From NCBI RefSeq assembly GCF_963921235.1, contig NC_086097.1, forward strand, positions 163,930,001 through 163,994,000: a stretch of 64,000 nucleotides of DNA, written 5' to 3'. Both the position numbers and the translations under genes were made by a program. Positions 12,359-22,431 of this stretch are shown here, in pieces. The DNA is from Mobula hypostoma. Its lineage: Eukaryota. Each line of letters begins with the position of its first letter. Positions within the stretch are counted from its first letter, which is position 1. Under the pieces are notes generated by a model that was not told the origin of the DNA, did no database searches, and was given only the letters and a program-made list of their open reading frames with translations.

Positions 12359-12794
12359 AAATCCTAAAGTCAACCCATAACAAGGAGGATTGACAATAGG
12401 CGCGACCCACAGACCCGGAGAGGAAACAGAACATACAAAAGATACCGGGGAAAAGGACGTAACCAATACTTCAATAATGTATATAGCCCAAAGAGAAACA
12501 AACTAAAACGTGAAGCCCCTCCCACCGCCCCCCACCCCAGGACCCCAAGGCGAAATCTAAAGCAGACCCGCCAGAAAGAAGCAAGCGCTAAAACTACCCC
12601 CATGACTTCCGGTATACGCTCCCTAAAAAAAAGGTATAAATATGAAAAGGATCAGCTAATTGTAAAACAGTAAAAAAAATAAGTAAAAAAAAGTTAGCTC
12701 AATTAAAATACACACAGAACAGAACAAAAGCCGGAAAGTATATATTAAAAAAAACCACAATAAACCTCAAACTCATGAATAGACACAGCAACAA

Positions 12795-12951
12795 GGGAGA
12801 CTTCCGGTAGCGCTCATGGAGTGAAGTCGCGTTCTTGACTCGCTCCATTACCTCTGAGTTTTTTCTCTCTATGGTCAGCTATACTTTAATTAACTATTAA
12901 GGCATCAATTTTTACAATACTTTGAATTAAACTGAATTCTCTGACAATTGG
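12795..12951 (+). promoter_or_regulatory. Probable L1 5' terminus and 5'UTR (internal promoter)
   Basis: Begins GGGAGACTTCCGGTAGCGCTCATGG exactly at the inversion junction; contains an ETS-type motif (ACTTCCGG) and several CpGs; lies directly upstream of ORF1. Confidence 0.65.
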
Positions 12952-13851
12952 ATGATACTGAGATCGGCTATGTCTAAGAACGGGAAAGACGGCAAGGATG
13001 GTAAACCTCCGGTTAAACCGAAAGCTACGGATCTCCCTCCGACTGAATCACCGGTGACTTTGGAAGCTATATCGGAGTTAATTCAGAGGGAAATTTCAAC
13101 CTCTGTTAGGGAGATGATTCGTACAGAAATTATGGGCTTTGTTAAAGACCTGATTCATATGGAAATCTCAACTAAGTTCCAGAAAATTGCCGATTTAATT
13201 GATAAGATGCAAACATGTATTGCGGAACATCAGTCGGCTATATCTGGTCTTCAAAAATCCGCGCAACAAAGTGAGCTTAAGATGGGGAAAGTCGAAGAAA
13301 CAATTAATGTAATGAAGAAGAAACTTGACTTTTTGACTTTTAAAAACTCTGACTTGGAATCTAGAATGCGACGGCAGAATTTACGAATGATTGGCGTCAG
13401 GGAAGCCGTGGAAGCTAACAACCCTATGAAATATTTCTCCCAACTTTTAAAAGATGCATTCCCTACTGTATTTCCTGACCAACCACCGCTACTGGATCGT
13501 GTTCACAGAATCCCATCATACTCGTCTAGGTCAGATAGACCTAGGCATGTTATCTTACGTTTTCATTACTTTCAAGATAAGGAGAGACTGTTTCGATTCG
13601 CTCGATCTAAAGGTTTCATTGATTTTTCGGATCTTAAGTTCCGATTCGTGGAAGATTTCAGTAAACCAATCTGGGACCAACGGGTCCGTTACAGATCCGT
13701 GATGTCGGAATTCTATAAGATGGATTTAAGACCAGCGCTGCTGTACCCTGCACGTCTAAGGATTCGCATGTTAGATGGAGCTCTTCGTTTTTTTGATTCT
13801 CCATCGGATGCCCAGAGTTATCTGGATCAACTTTCATCTTCAACATCTTAA
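12952..13851 (+). CDS. L1 ORF1p (299 aa; alternative start 12970): coiled coil, RRM and CTD; uninterrupted
   Basis: Heptad-rich N-terminal half, then DLESRMRRQNLRMIGVRE, LDRVHR, PRHVILRFHYFQDKE, FVEDFS and LLYPARLRI, the typical vertebrate L1 ORF1 (Transposase_22-like) motifs. Confidence 0.93.
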   Translation: MILRSAMSKNGKDGKDGKPPVKPKATDLPPTESPVTLEAISELIQREISTSVREMIRTEIMGFVKDLIHMEISTKFQKIADLIDKMQTCIAEHQSAISGLQKSAQQSELKMGKVEETINVMKKKLDFLTFKNSDLESRMRRQNLRMIGVREAVEANNPMKYFSQLLKDAFPTVFPDQPPLLDRVHRIPSYSSRSDRPRHVILRFHYFQDKERLFRFARSKGFIDFSDLKFRFVEDFSKPIWDQRVRYRSVMSEFYKMDLRPALLYPARLRIRMLDGALRFFDSPSDAQSYLDQLSSSTS

Positions 13852-14223
13852 TTGCCTTTTTTTAATTTTCTCCGTTGATCGGAGGCTGTGAATTGGTTGG
13901 TTTTAACTTTTCTGTGCCCTATTTGGGCAGAAAAGTTTACTTTCGATTTCTTAATATGGCTGCTAAACTTTCTTTTTAACTGCGTCATTTCTTTCTTTTC
14001 CCAGGGGATTCTGGGTGGTTACTTCCCTTTTGTCATCTTACGTATTTCCTGTGCGGCCTTAAATTTTGTAGTTTTTTTTAAATTTTATTCTGTTTTGCTT
14101 TTTATAATCATTTTATGTTAATAATCCTATTTTTTTTGTTGCTCAATTATACATCATCTAGTTTTCTGTTGCGAAATCAAACGCTTTAGTCTTTCTGATG
14201 TTGCCAGACATTCCTGTTTATTT

Positions 14224-14542
14224 ACTATTATCACCATCACACAGTACTCACTATTATTTGCACCATCACACTGTACTCACTATTATTATCACCACACAGT
14301 ACTCGCTATTATTAGCACCATCACACTGTACTCACTATTATTATCACCACCACACAGTACTCACTATTATTAGCACCATCACACAGTACTCAGTATTATT
14401 ATCACCACCACACAGTACTCACTATTATTAGCACCATCACACAGTACTCAGTATTATTATCACCACCACACAGTCCTCACTATTATTAGCACCATCACAC
14501 TGTACTCACTATTATTATCACCACCACACAGTACTCACTATT
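14224..14542. repeat. Minisatellite, about 11 x 29 bp, with alternating unit variants
   Basis: Units ACTCACTATTATTAGCACCATCACAC(A/T)GT and ACTCA(C/G)TATTATTATCACCACCACACAGT, head to tail with no spacers. Confidence 0.92.
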
Positions 14543-14665
14543 TGTAGACCTCTGGCTGTACTCGCTGCTTGTTAATTTTGTCCATTTCTTGCTTTTTTAA
14601 AAACCTTGAACATCTCTCTCCACTTCTGAAGAAAAATGTGCTTTTTTTAAAAAAAAACTTAAGTA

Positions 14666-16281
14666 CAGGTTTCCCCCACCATCCGAAGGTAGAGCGTTCC
14701 TATGAAACGATTCGTAAGCCAGAATTTCATAAAGCGAAGAAGCAATTACCATTTATTTATATGGGAAAAATTTGTGAGCGTTTGCAGACCCAAAAATAAC
14801 CTACCAAATCATGCCAAATAACACATAAAACCTAAAATAACAGTAACATATAGTAAAAGCAGGAATGATATGATAAATACACAGCCTATATAAAGTAGAA
14901 ATACTTTTCCACGATAATTGCCTGCACTGTTCTCTGTAGCGAAAATCTCACGCAAGTGCTCTCAGCAAAAACATGGCGCAAGCGCTCTCCAGTAGCCTTT
15001 AAGCTATGAGGCTGCCAAATCATACCAAATAACACGTAAAAATACACAGCCTATATAAAGTAGAAATAATGTATGTACAGTGTAGTATCACTTACGGGAA
15101 CTGCGAAAGCACTGAGCACACTGATGATGGTGTGTTAGGCTGAGTCGTCAGAGGTTGGGGTGGTGCAGTGGCCCCCACCCTCTGGACAGCGAACCGATAC
15201 CGATCCGCGAAGCATGCAGCGGTCCTGCGGTGCCCAGGGCGCGCCCAACACATCTTTAAGAAAAAAGCCGAAATAAACAAGCTAATTAATTAGGTGCTGC
15301 CCGGCATGTAAATGTCGGCCCAGATCGGAGGCAACACAATCGGCAATCATCTCTGATCTGGGCCGACATTTACGTGCTGGGCGGCACCTAATTAATTAGC
15401 TTGTTTATTTCTGCTTTTTTTCTTTAAGATGTGCTGAGTGCCTCCCGGCTACCGCTGCATTCTCTGCGGATCTGTATCTGTCCGTGGCCCGGGGTTTGGG
15501 GTGGTGGGACTCTGGGGTGTCATCTCGTCATCTGTTTCCATGAGGGTAGGCAGGTCATCTTCTTCTGTGTCTGGCGGCCTCGATGTCAAAGGTCGAGGTT
15601 GGTCGTCTGCTGTGGCTGATGTGGAAGGTTTGCTTGACTGCTTAGCCTCGCGCATTTTTAGATCATACAGTTCTTTGTAAGCACTCAAACCATCCTGCAA
15701 ATATGCCCTAAACTGACATACTCTTTCAGAATTAAAGTCGTACTTTATTATTGCAGTGATAATCTCGCGTAGTTGCCTCACGTTCAGTTCCTGGACGACT
15801 TCAGTTTCGCTATTGCATTCGGTTTTGATTGTTATCCTTTCCTCTTCCAATTGCATCAGCTCTTCATCTATCAGTTCTTGGTCATGGGATGCAAAACCCT
15901 CTTCAACATCATCTTCATCAACTTCCACAAGCCAAACTCACTTTGTCCTTACTTCATTCACCACAATTGAAATGCTTAATTATGTCTAGTTTTATGCTAA
16001 GTGTAACACCTTACGAGCTCTTTCAGGCTTTTCCAATACCTTAGAACTCATCTTGCAAACAGCTGCTCACAGGCGTGTGTTTAAGCAATGCTGGCAAGAA
16101 TGCCGTTCTGAATCCGGGGGAGAGCGGCTGCTCGGGGCGCGCACTGCCTTTTTTTTCCGCACGCTGCTTTTTTTTCGTAACAGTGAAAACACCTTCTGTT
16201 AGCAAAAACAGGGAACTAATGTAGGTCTTTTGTAACAGTGAGGTTTCATAAAGCGAGCGTTCGAAAAGCGGGGGACTCCTG
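14666..16281 (-). mobile_element. Non-autonomous Tigger/pogo-like DNA transposon
   Basis: TA on both sides (14664-14665, 16282-16283); imperfect TIRs CAGGTTTCCCCCAC / GCGGGGGACTCCTG; internal remnant resembling a Tigger/TIGD1 transposase C-terminus. Confidence 0.8.
15449..15928 (-). pseudogene. C-terminal remnant of a Tigger/TIGD1-like transposase (no DDE core)
   Basis: EVDEDDVEEGFASHDQELIDEELMQLEEER...LSAYKELYDLKMREAKQ resembles the acidic tail of Tigger1-type transposases. Confidence 0.65.
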
Positions 16282-16355
16282 TATCTCTCTCCCCTTCTGA
16301 AGAAAAACAGGTAGGTAGCCATCTCAGGTACATTTTAAAACATCCTCATTGCCAC

Positions 16356-16582
16356 TGTAATCTTTTGTAACTGCTGAAACTAATGGAAAGAAAAACACAG
16401 GAGCTGGGATAATGGCCTACTTAGCTTTTTCTTTAGTGAGGCACTCACATATGATATGGTGGCATAACAACATACGCCATTTACACACTTCTTGAGTATA
16501 ACCCATAATAAATTATATAAACAATAAAGAATGCCTCATCAAACAATATTTACAATATTACTAAAATATTTAATACATTACA
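16356..16582 (-). repeat. 5' LTR of the Gypsy element
   Basis: TGTAA...TTACA termini; PBS-like sequence at 16343-16355; homologous to 3418-3640. Confidence 0.82.
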
Positions 16583-17125
16583 CTAAGGAAATTTAGAATT
16601 TTCCCAATGACTCGGACCAATTTTTACGGATGTATCACAAACCACCCTGCATCACAGCTTGCTCTGCCCAAAAACTTAAGAAACTGCAGGGAGCTGTGCA
16701 TGTATCCACCCCTCTTCTGGCTGTGTTTACCCTTCCCAGTGCCTTTGGAAATCAGGCAACCCCTCCCATCCAGGTTATTCTCTCCTCACCCTTCTTCCAC
16801 TGGCCAGAAGATACCAAAGCTTGTAAGCACATACTGTACTACCAAGCATAAGGTTCTGCTTCTATCCTGCTGTTATGAATAGACCTCTCATACATCAAAT
16901 AAGGATGCAGTTTTGATCCCATATTCTACCTTGTGGTGACCCTTGCATTTTATTTATTTCCCTGCACTTTATTTTCTCTGTAGCTACAACCCAATCTTTG
17001 CTAATTTTGTTTTCTTTTTACTACTTCAGTGTAATTAAGTATGGCATGATCTCTGTCTGGGAGGCACTCAAACTAAAGCTTTCTGCTGTATCTTAGTAAA
17101 TATGACAATAATAAACCAATATTAA
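16583..17125 (+). mobile_element. Rex1/Babar-type LINE fragment, right half with 3' end
   Basis: Continues the reading frame broken at 3417 and ends in gacaataataaaccaat. Confidence 0.6.
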
Positions 17126-18189
17126 TACCTTTAGCTGGTAGACACAGCAGTAATGCTATATGAGTGTTTAAGCTTGTGAATGGACTGTTGATGTAGTGGA
17201 TAACAGGGATGAGTGTTTCTCTTCACTGTCTGGCAGTAATCTGATGGAGGGGATCAGGGCCTGTGTAGAGTGCTAAAGCAGGAATGACTGTAATTGCAGT
17301 ATTATCGACTTTGTGAGATTAGCACTAGGGCAATGAAGATGAAAACCAACCTCATGCTCGAATACCAATTGGATTTGATTCATTCTCCATAAATTAACTC
17401 CTAGGCATGAGATAAGCAACCCAGAACCTCAAATAACTGTCCAGGATTAGAAATGCATCTCTCCATATTTATAGCACACAAATAACTCTGTGTATGTATG
17501 TAAGATGTGTTATATGACTCTCACTGACACTTTTATGAAATGCACAGACATATTCATACATAAATGCATTCAGTATACAGTTGGTTAGTGGTTCATTTAT
17601 CTTGAGAACTTTCTCACAGGAACACAGTAAGCTTCAATACAACAGTCAGACAGAGCAATCAGATCTGACACTTCATCCACCATCATCAGCAATACAAAAT
17701 GACAGACGTTTTAAAAAATGCAGATGCTGGAAATTTGGAATAAAAACTGAAAATGCTGGAAACACTCAAAGTTAGGCAGCATATGAACCAGAACTAGTGT
17801 ATCATGTTGAAAGCCCTTCACTTACTCTGATGATGGGTCCTCAACTTGAAACATTAATAATATTTCTCTTCCCACTGATTCTTCCTGACCTGTTTCCAAT
17901 ATGTTCAGCTTGCATTTACATAGCGTGTTTCACATCATGTGAGCAACACACTAAAAGCTGGAGGAACTCAGAGGGTCAGACACCATCTATGGAGACAAAT
18001 TGACAGTAACATTTCAGCTTGAGATCTTTCATCCGGACTGGCTCTGAGTTTGTCCAGCTTTTTGTGTGTGGTTCCAAGTTCCAGTAAATGCAGTCTCTTG
18101 GGTCTCCTTACAACTTCTGATGCAATGTAGTAAATATGAGTGTGATAATAACGAGATAAACTACTTCAAATTATTGACAGAGGAAAAAG

Positions 18190-18340
18190 TATCAGTTAAA
18201 ATGCTGTAAGTATTCCTTTGCTTTGATATAGTCTCCTGGGATTTCTTTTGAATGCTTATGAGACCAGTTGGGTTCTTGGTTTAACACTGCATTGTAAGAT
18301 GACACTTCTGACAGTGCGGTAAATGCTCCACTCTGATGTT
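18190..18340 (-). mobile_element. Old Deu-domain SINE fragment (SacSINE1/AmnSINE-like)
   Basis: The - strand reads gcactgtcagaagtgtcatcttacaatgcagtgttaaaccaag...aaaagaaatccca, resembling the recalled Deu-SINE core. Confidence 0.5.
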
Positions 18341-19193
18341 TGGAGAAATACAGTACTTGCAATATTCTTACTCTGAGGGCACTGATGGACAGGTCCTCCA
18401 CCACTGGTTCCTCCTTGGGGAGCAACAGGGATTGGTAATCATGAAGCACTTCAAAGGGTGACAGAGGAGGTATGTAGATTGTGGGACATCTTGGCCCAGA
18501 GCAGATACTTCTTCCTGTGGAAAGGTTAGAGACAGTGAAGCATTGCAGAAACTACTGCACCTGCTGATTGCCTCTTTCTGACTATTCATTGGTCTGTGGA
18601 TGATAGCCAGAGGACAAACTCAGTGAATGGTGGAGAACAGAGCAGAAGGCTCTCCAGAAGCGGGAGATGAATTGTGGGCACCTGTCCGACACAATGCCCT
18701 CGAGTATGCTGTGGAGGCGAACTACACGTTGGAGAATCAGGTCTGCCTTCTCGGTGGCTGTTGGAAGCTTGGGGAAAGCAGTAATGTAGGTCAGCTTGGA
18801 GAACCAGTCCACCACACTCTGAATCAGCATGGCCCAATTGGTAGGCAGCAAACCCATGATAAAATCCTTGACCACGTGGGAACACAGGCATCAAGAGACT
18901 GACCAGGGCCACAGGAGGAATTGGAATGAGCACATTCAAGGCAGGCTGTGATGAATTGATGTACATCTGTGATTATAGTAGGTCACCAGAACCAGGGTCA
19001 CAAAAAATCCAGACACCATAGTGCATCTGGATGGCCAGAGTGGGCCCACTCAAGTGCCTCACAGTGCATGGCCACCGGCTCATACCCATGGTTGTCAGGT
19101 GTGTCAGCTGGAGCAGGCTCGTGCTGTAGGACCTGGCAGATCTGGTTCTCGACATCCCAGATGATCAGGGTGAGAATCTAGGAGGATGTAATT

Positions 19194-19462
19194 ATAGAAA
19201 CATAGAAACATAGAAAATAGGTGCAAGAGTAGGCCAATCGGCCCTTCAAGCCTGCACCGCCATTCAGTATGATCATGGCTGATCATCCAACTCGGAACCC
19301 TGTACCAGCCTTCCCTCCAAACCCCCTGATCCCCTTAGCCACAAGGGCCATATCTAACTCCCTCTTAAATATAGCCAATGAACTGGCCTCAACTGTTTCC
19401 TGTGGCAGAGAATTCCACAGATTCACCACTCTCTGTGTGAAGAAGTTTTTCCTAATCTCAGT
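19194..19462 (-). mobile_element. CR1 3'-end fragment, same young family as 5132-6960
   Basis: (CATAGAAA)n tail; near-identical to the reverse complement of 6705-6960. Confidence 0.9.
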
Positions 19463-20034
19463 TGAGGTATAGGCTGAGGGTTGATATCCATTTCAGCTGG
19501 GTCAAACCATTGTGACAGGGCATCTGCCTTGGTGTTCTTGGAGCTGGGGCCTTAGGAGATGGTGAAGTTGAAATGCTTGAAGAAGAGGGCCCAGCCAGCC
19601 TGAGGTGGGTTGACTTGGCAGGTCTGTGTAATGGATGAGAGGTTCTGGTTGTCAGTCCAGATCAGGAAGGGGTCAGTGTTTCACATCAGCCAGTGTCTCC
19701 ATTCCTCCAAGGCTATTGGATGGTGAGTAGCTCCAGGCCCCTACTCCATAATGGAACAGTATAGAATTGAATTTGTACAAGACAGTGGCAGATGGATTTG
19801 TCTTCCCATCTAGTCCTCACTGAGAGAGGATAGCCGCGGCACCCACTTCTGATGTGTCCACCTCAACCACAAAATGTCTGGAGGGGTTCAGATGGCAGAG
19901 AATGGGAGCAGTGGTAAAGTTCCTTTTGAGCTCCACAAAAGAGTGGTACGTGGCTGCAGCCCAGGTTATCCATGAGGTAGGTGACTTGATCAGGGAGGTG
20001 AGAAGAGCAGCAATTTAGCTGTAGTTTCTGATTA

Positions 20035-20280
20035 AGACCATAAGACCATAAGACAAAGGAGCAGAAGTCAGCCACTCGGCCCATCGAGTCTGCTCTGCCA
20101 TTTTATCTTGAGCTGATCCATTCTCCCATTTAGACCCACTCCCCTGCCTTCTCACCATAACCTTTGATGCTCTGGCTACTCAGATACCTATGAATCTCTG
20201 CCTTAAATACACCCAATGACTTGGCCTCCACTGTTGCCCGTGGCAACAAATTCCATAGATTCACCACCCTCTGACTAAAA
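20035..20280 (-). mobile_element. CR1 3'-end fragment of a second family
   Basis: (CCATAAGA)n tail; similar to 35630-35880; interrupts sushi pol. Confidence 0.85.
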
Positions 20281-22431
20281 CAGCAGCAGAAGTTGTAGAA
20301 GCTCAAGAAGTGTTGTAGATGTTTGAGGGATGACAGTCAACAATGCCACGTATGTTCTCTGGGTCCATGGCCATGCCTTGGGGTGAAAGGATGTACCCCA
20401 GGAAGGAAATTACTGAGGTGTGGAACTGACATTTTTCTAACATGCAGTACAATTGGTTTGAGGAGACAGTGAAGGACTGATCGGATGTGACAGATGTGAT
20501 CTTGTGGGTCCTTGGAAAAGATGAGGATGTTGTCGAGGTAGATAAACACATACCTGTGATTAAACCCATTGATGAAGGCTTGAAAATGGCTGGACTGTTG
20601 GAAAGTCCAAAATACATCGCATGTTTTCATAGAGGCCAGTGGGTGTGATGAACACCGTCTTCCACTCATCTCTCTGGCAGATGTGAATCAGGTTCCACAT
20701 GCTCTGTAGATCCACTTTGGTGAATACCTGAGCCTTGCGGAGTGCTTTGAATACACTACCCTCTATCCATCAAGGTCATTTCTTAATCGTGATTTTGTTG
20801 AGTCCACGGTAGTCAATGTAGCGATAAAGACACTCATCTTTCTTCTCGACAAAGGAGAATCCTGCACCGACTGGAGACTGGGATGGTCGAATGAAGCCAT
20901 GCTGTAAGACTTCAGCAATGTAGTTATTCATGGCTTGGGTCTCAAGAGAGGAGAAGGACAACAGCCAACCTCAAGGAGAGGTGATGCCCTGGAGGAGGTT
21001 GATTATGCAGTGGTGTGGTCTGTGAGGCAGCAGAGTGCTAGATTCCCCTTTATGAAGGCAGTGGCTAAGTTGTGGTATTCCAGTAGGAGTTTGGTGAGGT
21101 AGAAAGCTTCCAGTCTCCATAGATTTACAGGAAAGGTCAACTGAGGTGACAGGCAGATGGTCCAGCAGGTGGGTCCTGTACTCAGCAGTGAACTGGACGA
21201 CCAGGTGAAGTGAGGCTCAGGAGTAGAGAGCCAAGATGAGAGAAATGCTGGGTGAGTCGAAGAGGAGGAATTGGGTGGACTCGTGGTGCTTTCTGGTGCT
21301 CGTGTACAGGCCAGGTGCCCACTCTGACCATCCCAGACCCCAAAGGTATCTGTCAGTGGTCATCATGCAAAAGGAGTGAGAGGTAGGCTCGGTGGAGCGT
21401 CCAAGCTGCACACACACACAGAATTCAGTCCAGAAAGTTACCTGCAGTGCCAAAATCCTCCAGAACCTCCTGTTGTGTGTAGGGCTGTCAGGGTGTGGAG
21501 GAGTACAGAGAGGGAGTTCGGCCATGAGGCTGAGAGGCCATGCTGGTAATAGGCCAGCTGCACTCCGCTGTGACGGTCCTGATTCCACGGTGTAATCCAT
21601 CACCGAGCACAATCCTTGATGCAGGCGAAGTATCTGGTCTGATGCCCCCCTCCCACTTCCACTTCAGATGGTCAAAAACCTGGTACATCTCAGTGGGAAA
21701 CGCCTCATATTTATTGCAAATAGTGGCTTCATTGTCCCAGTTCGCAGTGGTCCAGGTCAGAGCTGTCCCTCCTCACCATCAGTCAAGAGAAAGATGTCTA
21801 AGGCAATCTTGGCTCAGTCCATAGAATACAGAGCTGGCTGGAGCTCAAAGTGTAAGACACACTGGGACAGAAAGTTGTAGCACTGGGTTGGGAATCCGTT
21901 GAAGTTTTTGGTTTTCAGAATCAGGAGCTCAAAAGGAGGACTTGGACTGTTGTGGGGTTTCTGTATCGAGACAGAGAGTTGGAAGAGAATGGTGAGCAGA
22001 TGGTCAGTGGTTTCCTGCTGCTTCTGGATCTTGTGGTCATGTCAACGGACAACTTCCTTGAGGTGAGCAAACTCTAATGGGTCAATCAATCACATCCTGT
22101 CAGGAAATATAGAGGAGGCTTGACCCACACACAGAGTAGCAGAGAATATTGAGCAGTGAGCAGTCACTTTAATAATAAGCTGCAAAATAACAAGCCACAA
22201 GGGGCTACAAAACAAGAGAGAACAGATACTGAACATAACAAGGTAACTGAAGGCAAGAGCAACTGGTTGAGGCTGGCTGGTTTGTCTGAGTGAACAAGGA
22301 TTGAGGATGAGAACTGGGGCTGCAGGTGATAAAGTTGGTAATGAGTAGCAGGTGTCTCCTGTTACTAGGAGAAGCCTTCATGTGCAGGCCTGGCAGGTCC
22401 AGATTGTGGGCCTGAGAAAGAGTTGGGCTTA

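Larger units (their letters stand above)
8223..14139. mobile_element. Full-length L1-clade LINE with 5' inversion (8223-12794 on -, 12795-14139 on +)
   Basis: Perfect 16-bp TSD TGCTCAATTATACATC at 8207-8222 and 14140-14155; AATAAA and (AAAAG)n tail on the - strand at the left end; intact ORF2 (-) and ORF1 (+); inversion junction at 12794/12795. Confidence 0.95.
3418..16582 (-). mobile_element. Old Ty3/Gypsy LTR retrotransposon, frameshifted, with nested CR1, L1 and Tigger-like insertions
   Basis: Two related LTRs; PBS-like GTGGCAATGAGGA next to the right LTR; purine tract next to the left LTR. gag starts at ATG 14211 (..EQYFDANEITDEKRVPVFLHAVVGKAYSLLRSLTAPTKP..). RT/RNase H remnants LQSLFRFVNYYNRF and IACDASPYGIGALMSH. 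Confidence 0.88.

Noticed and set aside
12359..12466. 36-aa N-terminal extension of ORF2 in the ORF track
   Set aside because: It begins at a non-ATG codon; the EN domain starts right after the ATG at 12358.
8582..13851. Two independent head-to-head elements (a truncated L1 plus a HAL1-like element), or a host gene pair
   Set aside because: A single 16-bp TSD encloses both, only one tail exists, and the arms overlap by TTGTTGCT; one inverted insertion explains everything.
14224..14542. CRISPR-like array next to a reverse transcriptase
   Set aside because: Units are contiguous with no unique spacers, the DNA is vertebrate intron, and there are no cas genes; it is a minisatellite.
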